Assembly: GCA_028023455.1 (NCBI GenBank)
Contig: JAQFVV010000003.1
Location: 11,532,001-11,596,000, forward strand
DNA: 64,000 nucleotides
Reading direction: 5' to 3'
From: Epiperipatus broadwayi
Lineage: Eukaryota > Animalia > Onychophora
The notes under the pieces were generated by a model. That model was given only the letters and a program-made list of their open reading frames with translations, ran no database searches and was not told where the DNA came from. Position numbers and translations under genes: made by a program. Numbering within the stretch: position 1 is the stretch's first letter; each line of letters begins with the position of its first letter. This document shows, one piece after another, positions 50,250 to 62,942 of this stretch.

Positions 50250-53200
50250 TTATAATTTGACATTGTGAACATTGGCAGACATTGTGAATTTATGATGGAT
50301 TTAAAGGACTTATTCATGGATCAACTACTATATGGAATGTTGGAACACAATTCTTAGGAAAACTCTACTAAGTGAAATGGATATAATATACAGAACAGCA
50401 ATGTATAGCACATGAGCTAACAACAGATAATGCATCTGAATATCAAATGACAGAAAATGAATTGAATCACCACCTAAATAAGATATGACTTAATGTGCTA
50501 TTGCTGTGGAATTATAGGACACACAAAAAGGCTGTGCTTGCAAAAAAAACAAAAAAGACAAGCCACACTCTGACTTTGAATCAGGAGAAAATGAAGCTTT
50601 AAAAAGTTAGATATAAAGTCATTAAATGACTCAAACAATGACCAAATTACTTTGGATGTAACAATTTGTGAAATTAAAGTCAATATGGAGAATGACAGCA
50701 GTGCTGGATTACCAATTCTATCTCTGAAAAAGTGGAATAAAATAAATATCAAATCTAAGCAGAGTAAAATTGGCCAAATTACTTTGGATGTAACAATTTG
50801 TGAAATTAAAGTCAATATGGAGAATGACAGCAGTGCTGGATTACCAATTCTATCTCTGAAAAAGTGAAATAAAATAAATATCAAATCTAAGCAGAGTAAA
50901 ATTAGATAAAGTCAATATGGAGATTGACAGCATTGCTGGATTATCAATTCTATCTCTGAAGAAGTGGAATAAAATAAATACCAAATCTAAGAAGAGTAAA
51001 ATTGGATAAGACAAAGTCAGTAGATATAAATGAAAACAGAATATAAATAAGTGAAAAAGTTTTTTTACCAGTGAAAGTAAATGAAAAATTAAGTTTTACC
51101 ACTATTTACTGTAAAGAGAGACATTAGTCCACTGTTCAGTAAAAACTGGTTCCTTCCATTAGGAATCTGTCTTAAAAATTATTAAGAAGATTAAACTAGA
51201 AACAGAAGTTAGAACAAAGTTTCCTCAGCTATTTAAATAAAAAATAGCTGAATTAACAATAAGATCAGTAGACTTGGAATTAGTTAAAGGTGTGCAACCT
51301 ACAATGTGTAAACCATGAAAAGTTCCCTATGCCCTGAAGTCAACAATTCAAGAGACAATATGAGATATGGTTAAAAAGGGTGTGCTATCACCTGTAGAAG
51401 AGTCATCATGAGATACTCTTGTGGTCGTTATTGTTAAACCGGATGGGACTATTCACCTCTGTGGAAATTATTGAGTTACTGTAAATAAATATATAAAAAA
51501 GGGTCCTTATCCTGTGCCAAGTGTACAGAAAGTGTTCGCATCTTTACAGAAAATCCCCTTTACAAAGATAAATTTAAAATTCATGTTTCACCAGATACTT
51601 GTCGCAGAAAAAAACAACACAATTGTTGACAGTATGTACCCATGTCAGTCGGTTTAAGTGCAATAAATTTCCTTATAGGATAACTGTGGCCCCAAACATT
51701 TTTCAAGAGAAGATCAACATGTTATTGCAAAACATAAATAGAGTTATTCCCTACTTAGATGATATACTTATTACTGCCTGGTCAGAAAAAGAGCTGGAAA
51801 AATAAGTAATGGAAGTGTACTCAAAGCTAAATAAAGTGGGAATTAGATTAAATGACACCAAGTGCATTTGGGCAACATTGGAAATAAATTTTTTGGGAGA
51901 TAAGATAAATAAGAATAGAAAGTGCCCCAGCCCTGAGAAAGTGAAAGCTGTAAAAGAAGCTGCCACTCCTAAGAATGTACAAGATTTTTAAAAGCTTTTC
52001 TGGGACTGTTAAATTTCTATGAAAGTTTTTTATAGGTAAATCATATGTGTTAACACTACTGTATGAGTTATTATGTAAGGAAAATGCTGAAAATGGAATG
52101 AAGAGCACAAAATTGCATTCCAGAAAGCCAAGGACTTATTAATGTCAGAAAAAATTCTTAGTGCTTTATAGGAGTGATCTGAAAGTGACGATTACTATAG
52201 ATGCTTCAGATTTCAAAGCTGGAGTTATTATCTCACATTGGCATAGTGAAGGCAAATGTTCAATCATTTATGCCTCCAGAATGTTAATATAGGCTATAAA
52301 ATTATAGTCAATTTGATAAAAAAGCTCTGGCTATAATATTTGCAATAAAGAAATGCCATCAAAATATAGATATAGATGTAGTTTTACAGCATGGATGGAT
52401 CATCAAAATATATATATAGATGTAGTTTTGCAGCATGGATGGATCATCGCCCTTTATTTGGAATTTTTGGAAAGGGCAAAAAACCTGAATATGCAAGCCA
52501 GAGACTTGTAAGATGGATTAATATATTATCCACCTGTGACTAAGATTTAGTTTATAAGCCAGGAAAAGAGATTATGCATGAGGATGCATTATCATGACTA
52601 CTAGAAGTTTATAGAAGTAAATGTAGTAGAATCAATAAATATTATAGAAAATCTAAATAGTTCTAAAGTTTCTGAATGGACAGATAGAGAGCCTGGATAT
52701 AGTAAACTAAAGAATTGGATCTGAAGATGACCAAAAAATCAACCAAGTTTCATTGCTATGGCAATTTGGAACACTCATCAAAGTATGTATATCTGTAATG
52801 GCTGTATCCTGATGATTGATTAAGTACTCATAATAGTGGAAAGATGGGAACAAGTCTTAAAATTGTTACATAAAGAACATCCAGGAGTTGTGCAGATAAA
52901 AATGCTCATGTGTGGTCTAAACGTAACAACAAAATTGAACAAACAGTAAAAACCTGCCATGATTGCCAATCTGTGGCTGAATTACTGAAGAAAAGTTTAT
53001 AAACCATGGACAGAGGCCAAATGCTCAGAGTGTATCCATATAGATTATTCAGACAGGATCTTTGAATGGACATTTGGTATTAATAATCATAGATTCAAAC
53101 AGCAGATGGGCCAAGTATAAGCTGACAAAAAGTATGAGGGGCCAAGTATAAGCTAATAAAAAGTATGAGTACTAACATAAAAGCCCTACAAGAAGTGTTT

Positions 53201-54005
53201 GCCACTCATGAATATCCTGAGAATTTGGTATCCGATAATGGAACAGAGTTTGTCATGTTCTTACTCCGGCATACCACTTTTCCTCTAACAGACTTGCAGA
53301 AAAGTCAGTCCAAAGTTTGAAATCTGTCTTGAGAAAAGTAAAAATTTACAAATATGGAAAAAGTACCGATAGAAATCATGTTCTATCAGCATTTTATCTT
53401 TAGTGCAACAAACTGTAAAACATCTCCAGAGTTGCTGTTTTGTAGAAAATGTCATACTCGTTTATTAAAACTTTTACCTCTAAAAAAGAAATCAGAAAAA
53501 AAAATAATTCTAGTGAAAATACATACAATGCAAATTTCATGAAATTTAGAGTCATCAAAATTGTATGAGTTTTGAGACATATTAAAAAAGAAATGAATGC
53601 CTGGTTGACAAAGTATCGGAAGTCATATGAGTAATTAAACTTGAAAGTGGATTGTGTGTCAGAAGTCATTTAAATCATTTACATTAGCGATTTCATGATA
53701 AATAAAAGACCTGTAGCTGCCAAAATAAAAGACCTGTAGCTGCCAATTCTTAATCAGAATTTTTGGCAAATAATAAACTTGAAAATTTTCTCTCTATTGA
53801 GCGAAATACAGCAATCAAGTTGAAGTGGATCAAGATATACTGACTTAAATAAAAATGAACAATTATCTAGATCTGAAAAACCAACTCATGTAAACATTGA
53901 TCCTGATGAAAATAAAAAGACTGATCCTGATGAGAATAGATACACTTCTACTCCACTAAGTCAGAGAAATCAGAGAAAGCTTGCCATATATAGAGTGTTG
54001 GGAGA
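50250..54005 (+). mobile_element. Decayed Gypsy element 2 internal region (K02A2.6-like gag-PR-RT-RH-IN) with PPT
   Basis: RHCEFMMDLKDLFMDQLLYG (gag); CYCCGIIGHTKRLC (knuckle); VNMENDSSAGLPIL (protease); IVKPDGTIHLCGNY, APNIFQ and IPYLDDILIT (RT); DASDFKAG, KKALAIIFAIKK and DHRPL (RNase H); LHKEHPG and integrase core. PPT ttgggaga precedes TG at 54006. Confidence 0.92.
50643..51005 (+). repeat. Tandem triplication of the protease segment (132-bp period, third copy partial)
   Basis: caaattactttggatgtaac at 50643 and 50775. taaagtcaatatggag at 50675, 50807 and 50907. Confidence 0.9.
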
Positions 54006-54607
54006 TGTACTAAAAAATATTTTAAATTATGCGTAAAAGTTTTAATTAAATCATAAACATTGCACCAACAATACTGTTATTTTCCTCCCTAAAATGATTA
54101 GTCTACAAAAAACATATTATAGAAAGAACTTTTAAAACATAACTAATAAAGAGGCCAAGATTCTTAGTATGCAATAGTAAAAAGCAGTCAGGCACAGTCA
54201 AAAAGAAAAAACGGTTGCAGAAAGTAAACAATGCCTGTCTCAAAAGGGAGAAAAGATAGTGCTGAATGAAATTAGTTTTATTAAATTACTTACTACTAAA
54301 GTTCAAATAGAAAGAAGTTCACAGAGACTTTAATTAGATGAGTAAACAAACCATTTGGAGATTAATGAATTGAATAATTATTGGCTGTGAATGAAATAAA
54401 ATATTTTCACACTCTAAATATATCTCATAGCAATTCCCAAAAGTAAACAGAATAAATTATTGTTAGTAATATAATTTTGTTGTATTTGCTATATTGTTAA
54501 ATTAATTCATCAGCAGACAGAAATAACCTTGCTGATATATATTCAAGTTGTGTATTATTCATTTTCGCCTATATGACTGAGATTGTCTCCCCATGGACAA
54601 GACAACA
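54006..54607 (+). mobile_element. 3' LTR of Gypsy element 2
   Basis: TG start after the PPT, CA end (gacaaca), homologous to 48691-49168. Confidence 0.85.
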
Positions 54608-55074
54608 TTTAATGCTACAATTATTTATCTTTACAAACATATATATAATACTGCCTAATGCTATAAGTAAAATATAAATATTAGCAAAATCAAAATTCAC
54701 AAAATTATCATGATCATGATTTCACCTATTAAACAAATGATGCTTTTCAAGTGAAATCTACAAACAAAACTAAGCAATATATACATACATATAACTACAC
54801 ACAATTCAAATACTGCCAATTATTTCTAATATTAAAAATTCTCATATTAATGATGTCTTGAGACCCAAAATGATTAATCAAAGATCTCTTTAACCCTTCT
54901 TTTGATTTCATTACATTTATAAAAGGCAATCTTTGCATCAGTGAATACTATCTTAAGACTAGTATTATGTTCATGAATGTCTAAGTTTTACAAGTAATTA
55001 TAACTCTACCATTATGAATTTTAATACTTTCAAAACAATTTTATTTACTTTTTGTTTATCTGAAGGTTTATGAT

Positions 55075-55610
55075 GAAATTATTTTAGTATTAATTATTTG
55101 TTGAATTATTTCCATAGTCTAATATTAAATATTGAATGTCTTTAGAAAATTTTTAAACTATCCAAATATATTCAGTTATTAGCAATAGCACATAGGTTAG
55201 TATATAACACAATGTTTTGAGTAGTATTATTCTCCTTTCTTCTTCAGGCATTGTTGCCCTGACCAGTAACAGTACTAGCTAGAAAATAGAATCTCCTTCT
55301 TTAGATTCATGATTCTGCATTTTAGAATAATTCAATTGGTTAGAGTGTTACCTTAAAATCTCATAATTTTACAAATCTAGAGGTCCAGGTTTGATTCCCA
55401 TACTACTATTGTTACTGGCCAGGCCAGCAAAACTTTAAAAAAAGAGGAGAGTAAAGTCATGTTATATGCTACTTGTGTGCTATTTTTAACAGTTGAATGT
55501 ATTTGAAAAGTTTAAATAAAGTTTAAATATTTTTCTAAATACATTTAATATTTAATATTAGATAATGGAAATAGTTTAACAAATTTATATTAATTTACTA
55601 TTACTGTAAT
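55075..55610. mobile_element. MITE-like element with ~115-135-bp inverted arms
   Basis: 55078-55192 is the reverse complement of 55474-55608 (ttatttccat..ctaatattaaatatt..aatgt..ttagaaaa..tttaaact..aatagcaca). Confidence 0.7.
55327..55400 (+). mobile_element. tRNA-derived (SINE head or tRNA pseudogene) sequence inside the MITE
   Basis: A-box-like ttggttagagtg and B-box-like gaggtccaggtttgattccc at tRNA-like spacing, CpG-decayed, no intact cloverleaf. Confidence 0.55.
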
Positions 55611-57764
55611 ATTTTTATTATCTATCAACTCTTTAGCATTGTTTAATAATGAACTGAAAAGATTTTACATCCAAGCCCTCATAACCTTTAACAAATAATT
55701 ATATTTATTTTACCAAGGCAAATAAATATTTTTATCAATATCAACTACACAATTCATATCAACAATTATAACTATTCTTATTAAGTAAAATACATTTAGT
55801 AAATGTCTGACATTAACCTAATCAATATTATTACTACCAAATTGTTTTCTTTGAATTAATGCATTACTCTTATAATTATTTAATTTCTTATTATTAAAAC
55901 AGAAACAAATTAATGTAAATGGCTAATAAGTTTAAGGCCTATACATGGTTTGTTTTTAATTTTTATAAAATGATTCTAAAATGCAATTGATTCTATTTCT
56001 AATAGTTATTAAATCTAAAAGCTTTATTATAATTCAAAATAGATTTAGTAGTTGAATCAAAATCATTTTATCTAATAAAAACTTTTCAATTTAACTTTAT
56101 CAATATCAAACAATCAAGTATATATCTGACTAATCATTATTTAAAATATATATTAAATGTGGTACTTAATTATTTACATGTTTAAACGTTCATCTGAAAG
56201 CATGGTTATTTTAAAAATGTGTTTGACTGTATTAGTATTAAGCTAATATAAAAAAAATTTAATAAAATTATTACTAAATTTACATTCAGACATTAACATC
56301 AAATTGAGCTCTGCAGATGAACTTATATAAAATTTGAGTTGTTATATTTGATAGGGGTCTGAATTAAGTTCCAAGATACAGATGATAACAGTTTTTGAAA
56401 GAAACATATGTCCAGAAATTATTTGTTTTTTCATCAAACATTGCCACTTGAAAGATTGTGAAAATATCTACAAAGAGCATGAGCAAGAATTAACTTTAAT
56501 AATGTTATTTACATTTTGTATTAGTGTTTAATTATATACATATAGTGGAAAGAGTTGAGCTACAATTCAAATCTAGAAATTTTTTCAGCTAAATGAGAAT
56601 ATTCAAATAAGTTCAGAATTTTTTTTAAAGTAACTGCTGCCTATATCTAACCCAGATATCAGTTAATTATTGGTTAGTAAAGGGTCATCTAGTTATTTTA
56701 GAAAGATGATATAAAACTCTTACCAAGCAACAATTATTTAGCTTAGTGAATAATCTCTTCTCCATTATTTCTCTACAGAGAAATGCTGAAGAGACCTTTT
56801 TTACATACTTTTAGACATAACATTTTAATAATTCTAAGTAAAATAATATATTGATGAGGTGATATGAAAACAAAAATTATAAAAAACCCTACATAGTTGA
56901 ACAATGAACTACATTGTATCTAATTCCACAATTTCAATTATACACTATCGAAAGAAAAATGTAAATAAACAAACAAAAATCCAATAAAATTCACAAATTT
57001 TTCAATATTTGGCAGCCATTTTTCCTTCTATAAATACCATATAGCAATCACATTTTTAAAAAAAAAAAGGTAAAATTTGTAAATATAAAATGTAATAACA
57101 CACTAGTATCTACTTTTCTAAGAAGTGCTGCATACAATTATATATATATTAATAAAATTTCTTAAGTTTATATTGAAAGCATATATATTTTATTGTTACT
57201 TTATTATCTTTTTCAAATTTGTGCATAATAAAATATTTTCTAAGAGTATTGCTAAAAGTTTTATAAAATTTTAGAACATACTTAAAGCTAATACTGATTT
57301 TAAAATATTTAGAGATATCATAATTTCTTGATAAAGAGATTAGACTATTATATTTCTACAAAAGAAAAAAATCATTGAAAAAAAAAATGAGCCAGAGTGT
57401 ATTTAATAAGACAAAAGTCAGTTATTTTGCAATTTATTTTAAAAATAAAAATACAGTAGTAAGTCTTTTTCTTATTATTATTCTTTCAGCTATTGCATGA
57501 GTGAACACACATTCTGTAAAATATATCCCCTCGATTTATTATTAGTAACTATAGTATTATTTTAAAAAATTTTGTTTGCATATCCATAGAATCCAAGTGC
57601 TGCACACTTATAGTTCAATAAACAATATTTTTTTCTATTCTAATCAATGTTTGACAATAAAGTGTGAGCTACTGTATATTATATACATTTCAATGCAAGA
57701 GGAACTTGGAATAAAATATAGAAAAGTTCATGGCTCCACTATAATTTAAACAAATAAGACATAC

Positions 57765-57821
57765 AAGTGAATTTTGGAACATCTACGCATAGGCCGTCTT
57801 TATTTTTGTTTAAACATATGA
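57765..57821 (-). CDS. Candidate 57-nt symmetric exon (xICLNKNKDGLCVDVPKFT)
   Basis: tattctcttaaag|tc ata tgt...ttc act t|gtatgt. Only the phase-1 frame is open. CpGs retained. Confidence 0.38.
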
Positions 57822-58868
57822 CTTTAAGAGAATATAAGGTTAGCACGAATAATTTTTATTATGAACTGTATTAAAACACAATAATTATTATTCTGAAAAT
57901 TGAATAATAAATTCAGGCTTTACATGTTAGGGATTGTAATTCATTCTTATTACAACCCTTTGACAGTTCAGAGAAAAGAAACTAATGGTCTGCAAAAAAA
58001 AATACCATGTCAATGTTTTTGATATATAAAATTTTCACCTTCTGTTTAAATAATAGCATAATAAATTTCATTAGAATAATTTAATCATGAATATTAAATA
58101 AATAATTAATAAATTAAATTGAAAATATTTAAATTTTAATGAATGGTAAACTTCTGTCTAACACCCTGAGAGTGATTGGACAATTCAATTAGCATTATAT
58201 AACAAGTTGAAAAATTTGCAGTGCAGAGTTGGTGAGTAAAAGAAAAAGTTATATAACTTATTGTATGAAATTTCCCTGATATATTAAAGATAAATTACTA
58301 ACATATTTTCCTATAGCCCAATAGTGATTACAGACCTAATGTTTCAAAAATTCAATAAAGAATCTGAATTAAGATGTCCCGTAAAACTTAAATAATCTAA
58401 GAAAATCAAATTTCTAGACTTAAAAATGAAAACAACAAATAATATTTAGATTACAAGATGATTATAAAACTAAGCACATAGCTATATCCATAAAAAAAAA
58501 AAAAAGAAATAGTTTGCAGTGTATAAATAAGAAGAATTGTAAAGCTTTAATCATCTGTTCAAAGTTAAATCTGATCCAAAGAATGATGATCAGATGTGAT
58601 AAAAATGGAATTCAAACATAAGTACTAATTGTAAATGTATTAAAAAATTTAATATTAATTTTAAAAAGTAGGATAATAATAAAAAAAACTAAATAAGCTT
58701 ATGAATAATATTAAGAATAAATTAAACATGCTAGAACATCTAACATATTTTAAATCATGGAACAAGGCATCTCTATGTGTAGCATAAAAAAAATAAAAGA
58801 AAATTTAATAACAGGAATATATCAACTCATCCTTTAATTCAGTTATGGTTAAAAATAACCATACATAC

Positions 58869-58916
58869 AACTTGGTATTCTTAAACTAGAAGCAGAATCC
58901 GAATGTACATTTGATC
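58869..58916 (-). CDS. Candidate 48-nt symmetric exon (xSNVHSDSASSLRIPS)
   Basis: ttttctctttgccag|ga tca aat...cca agt t|gtatgt. Strong sites, only phase 1 open. Confidence 0.45.
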
Positions 58917-59351
58917 CTGGCAAAGAGAAAATAATGTATGAAGAAATGATGATCATAAAAGAGAAATAGGAATATTATTCATTATGAATTCAAGAAATGT
59001 AATGAAACAATGAGCCAATAGCATACAAATCAACATGCACTAAAATTTGTATATATAAAAATATAAATAATGCAGCTATAACTTCAAGTCAGAGTGTGTA
59101 TTTGACATGCAACTATTTCAAGTATGCTAAGTTGTATAAAAATTATGTAATAAACACTAATTTTAATTGCATACATATATATATAAGAGTATTGATAATT
59201 TAATTTTTTTATTATTTAAAATGGGCCTATTATTTTATAAAAATTTTAAAGAGAATCATCATCACTGCTATAAATTAATATTTTAGAGAGATAGACACTT
59301 TATTGTACAGACATGCTTTACAACAGTAAATGTTGCTGAGATAATGATTAC

Positions 59352-59385
59352 TGTTAAATCTTCGCTGATGTAGTGAGCTACTTGT
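59352..59385 (-). CDS. Candidate 34-nt exon (TSSSLHQRRFN)
   Basis: ttttgatattatag|aca agt...ttt aac a|gtaatc. Phase 0 to 1, joins 58869-58916 in frame. Confidence 0.3.
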
Positions 59386-59869
59386 CTATAATATCAAAAG
59401 AATCTGCACCATTCATAAAGTTCAAATATAAATAATAATATTTTATAAAGTAAGTCATACTATACTTAAATAAAAAATAAAAAACTTTTTAGAACTTATA
59501 TTTACAAATGTCTACATTAAAAGACTAAAAATAAATCAACTAGGAAATTATTTTAACTAATTTGAAAATGTGAAAGAATGGTATATAAAACAATAAAAGA
59601 TTACAAATGCAGAGTTGAAATACATTCACACTTCTTAAATAAACAATAGTATATATTTATATAACCAAAAATGGAGAAAAAAAATTCATTATGCTGGAGG
59701 TTTTTTCATATAAATTAATAAAAAAAAAAGTAATAAAAGTATCAATAAATAAGCTATTATAGAAAATATATATTTATATATAAAAATCTTTATAGGCAAA
59801 TGATTTTGTCTTTATCAAATGTTAATAATCTTTTTAACCTTTATTGTGATGTGATGAACTATGACTTCT

Positions 59870-60460
59870 CTTTTCTCGAAGTCAGGACTTTCTCAGCCAC
59901 TATGCCCAGAGAAACCTGTTAGCCACCTTACCTTGATCTTTCCATTTCTCATCCTAAGTTTTTCCCCTATTTTTCTCTATCCTGTTACAGCCTATTTTTA
60001 CCACATTACCTTTGTCCATGCTATGGCCTTTTATATCTAAATCCCCCTTATCTTTTTCCAAACCCAGCATAAAAACCAAGAACTCACTTCCTGTATAAGC
60101 ACTTTGTTTATATTTATTCTTTCACAACTTCATTATTTGTACTCTTTCTGCTTGCAAGCATTTACATTCAATTAACAGATGCTTAATATTTTCTATGCTT
60201 TCCTTACATAACTTGCAGAGTAAACCACCCATATTTTTCTATTTATGTGTATATTCCCTTGTTGCTAATGATTTTGTTCAAGCCTTAAACAATAAACTAC
60301 TTTCCTTGCTATTATCATAAATTAACTCACACCCAATATTCCATTTACTTCTATATATATTTAAATTCTTTTTACTCTCCATACTAGTTCTCCAATTTCC
60401 TATTTTCTATTAATGCACCTATTCTTCTATCTCATTCCTTAGCACTAATATATACATATA
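59870..60460 (-). mobile_element. 3' end of a LINE with a C-terminal CCHC zinc knuckle
   Basis: LFKA*TKSLATREY followed by CKLCKESIENIKHLLIEC (CxxC-x8-H-x4-C) at ~60170-60225. Confidence 0.7.
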
Positions 60461-60856
60461 TCATTATGTTTATTTTTTTATGGGAAATGTGGTAGAATAA
60501 CTTAACTCCAGATCCATAGCTACTATAAGACCATCTCATTAATTTATAAATGATAGGTGTAAGTCTGATAGATAGCGTATGATCAACCATGAGAGTTGAC
60601 CAAATATAGTTTTATAGAGATGAATAAGGTATAACGCTTGTTATAATACTTATTGATTATTTTTAGGAGTTTAGAAATGATTATACTTTATTTAAATATG
60701 GACATAACTTGTAATAAAATTCAAATAGTATTTTTTGCAGATGCATGACAATCTTAATCATAATTAATAGGTCATTTAAATATTTCAAAAATATGGTTGG
60801 CAGATCATACTTTAAATGTAATTCAACTAACAAGGTACCCTCATTTGATTCCATAC

Positions 60857-60874
60857 CTTCCCAACAGCCACACT
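60857..60874 (-). CDS. Candidate 18-nt microexon (SVAVGK)
   Basis: actaatag|agtgtggctgttgggaag|gtatgg. All three frames are open. Confidence 0.28.
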
Positions 60875-62084
60875 CTATTAGTTAATATGCATCTCTAAAG
60901 TATTTACTATATATTTTTGTATATCTGAATTGTATGTTTGAAATGTAAGAATAAGTCATTAATTGCATATATATAATGAGTTTCTTTTTTTTTTGTTTCA
61001 AACTTTCATTTATAAATTCAAAACTAAAAAAAAAAAAGCTATAAATTTATCTTTTTCTCAAATAAAATTTGATCATAAAATCAAATGTTAGTCCATTTTT
61101 ATAACTTTCATTAAACAAACAATTTGTAATTAGTACAGATCATAAAGAAAACAATAAGCTTATAATGATTTATATTACAAATTTTACTGATATTAAAAAT
61201 AACTAACTGTTTAACACAGCTTTTATAACCAAAGATATATATATATGTGCATCTTAATTATGTAAATGCATTCTTTTTTCAAATCTCTATAATACCAGAG
61301 CTCATTAAAGTTTATAATGTAGCTCTAAATATGAAATACTAAATTAAATTGTGTTAAAATAATAGAAAACAATGGCAAACTATTACTGACAATTAAATAT
61401 TATTGCTTGGTCATGGTACTTTGTTGCTTGAATATATAAACAAAACAAAAAGCTTTTCAAAACTCAAAAAAAATTAATGCTAGGAAAGTCATCTCCAGCT
61501 CAACTAAATGTATATTATAAAGGATAATACAGGTAGAACACTGTTAATCTGAATACTTATTATTTAAATACTTGTATTATCTCAACAAAATTTCAAAGAT
61601 GATGTTTAATCTTTTGCAATAAACTGGTATGTGAATAACAAAAAAATTAAAAAATAAAAATCAACAAATATCTATAAACCTTTTTTTTTATCTTTACAAT
61701 GAGATGGAATAAGGCCTATTCTTGAAATTTAAAAAATCCATATATTCAAAAAAGCTCTGGAACCAGGAAGTTTGAATCAATGATGCTTTACCTGGGAATA
61801 GAAAGAATTTTGAGAATTGAGTAATCATTTAATTTTATTTCCTTCACTATTTGAATATTTTAAATGTAATTAGTTTCCAAAAATAATATTTTAAAGATGC
61901 ACCACCATGTTGCTATCATCTGAAAGCAAAACCTAAGACTAAAAATAAAAAGTAAAAATATTAAGGTCATGTTCAAAGTGTTTATAAAAATAAAGAAAAT
62001 AAAGATAGATAGTAAATAAAAATATCAATAATATTGGAAACAATCAATTATATTAATCACAGATTTAAACTTGGAGTGCTTGCA

Positions 62085-62700
62085 ATAATAATAGAACAAA
62101 GACTAGGAAACTTATTAGAAAAGCAATACAGAGATTGCCATACCACATAGAAAGGTATAAAAAATTATGTCAGGATTAATAATGGAAAATTGATAACTAA
62201 ATATATATATATACATAAAGAGAGAGAGAGAGAGAGAATAAATATATTCTATTGATATCACTGATTAGTTTAAAATGTTAAAATGGAGTTGCATTTGATA
62301 TTTTGCTAGAAGAAATTATTAGATGAACAACTGAAATTTAATACTAAGAAATTTTTTAAGATCTAAAAATATTCTATATGAGATGGATAATGCAAGAATT
62401 GTTGCAATAATTTAAAGATAAAAAACTACGAATAAAAGTTGCTGAAATGAAATTGAATAGATCTTTACCCTGCCATGAGCTGATAATGTTTGAAAATAAT
62501 AATACATTTATTAGCATATTTGCCTACCTTGCATTTGATCTAGCATTGGAATTTTAGCTAGAACAGATTTCATTTTTAAAAATTAGAATTTTTTTCTCAG
62601 ATAAAAGTCTCATACTAAACCTTAAATGACTATGTAGCATTAACAAATGAGCAAGCAATTAGCTAAGAAATAAAACAAGGCTAGGAAACTAATCAATTCT
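62085..62700 (+). mobile_element. Possible decayed LINE RT fragment with an internal (TA)n(GA)n microsatellite
   Basis: IIIEQRLGNLLEKQY and later RT-like pieces. Microsatellite at 62200-62238. Confidence 0.3.
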
Positions 62701-62703
62701 CAC

Positions 62704-62723
62704 CTGGATTCTTCTCCATTGTT
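62704..62723 (-). CDS. Candidate 20-nt microexon (xQWRRIQ)
   Basis: tttctttgtag|aacaatggagaagaatccag|gtgaga. Consensus-like sites at both ends. Confidence 0.3.
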
Positions 62724-62942
62724 CTACAAAGAAATTTTTGAATACTTTATTATGCAGCAAGTTATGAGTATTGAAAAGTCTGTTTTACTTTATATATATA
62801 ATAAAACACAGAATTATTCTATAAAACTTGGTTTCTGATGAAAACCAGTCTGCTGGTTGAAATATTAAAGCAGTTTTATATAGAAGTAATTCTGTGTTTT
62901 TATTATGTTTTGATTTTTCCTTTAGTTAGTTTGTATATTTAT

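Noticed and set aside
55327-55400. Functional tRNA gene
   Set aside because: The boxes are degenerate, the anticodon region is too long, and no acceptor-stem pairing is evident.
59960-60040. RNase H motif (IKGHSMDKGN, minus strand)
   Set aside because: It lies downstream of the C-terminal zinc knuckle, the wrong order for a LINE RNase H, so it is probably chance.
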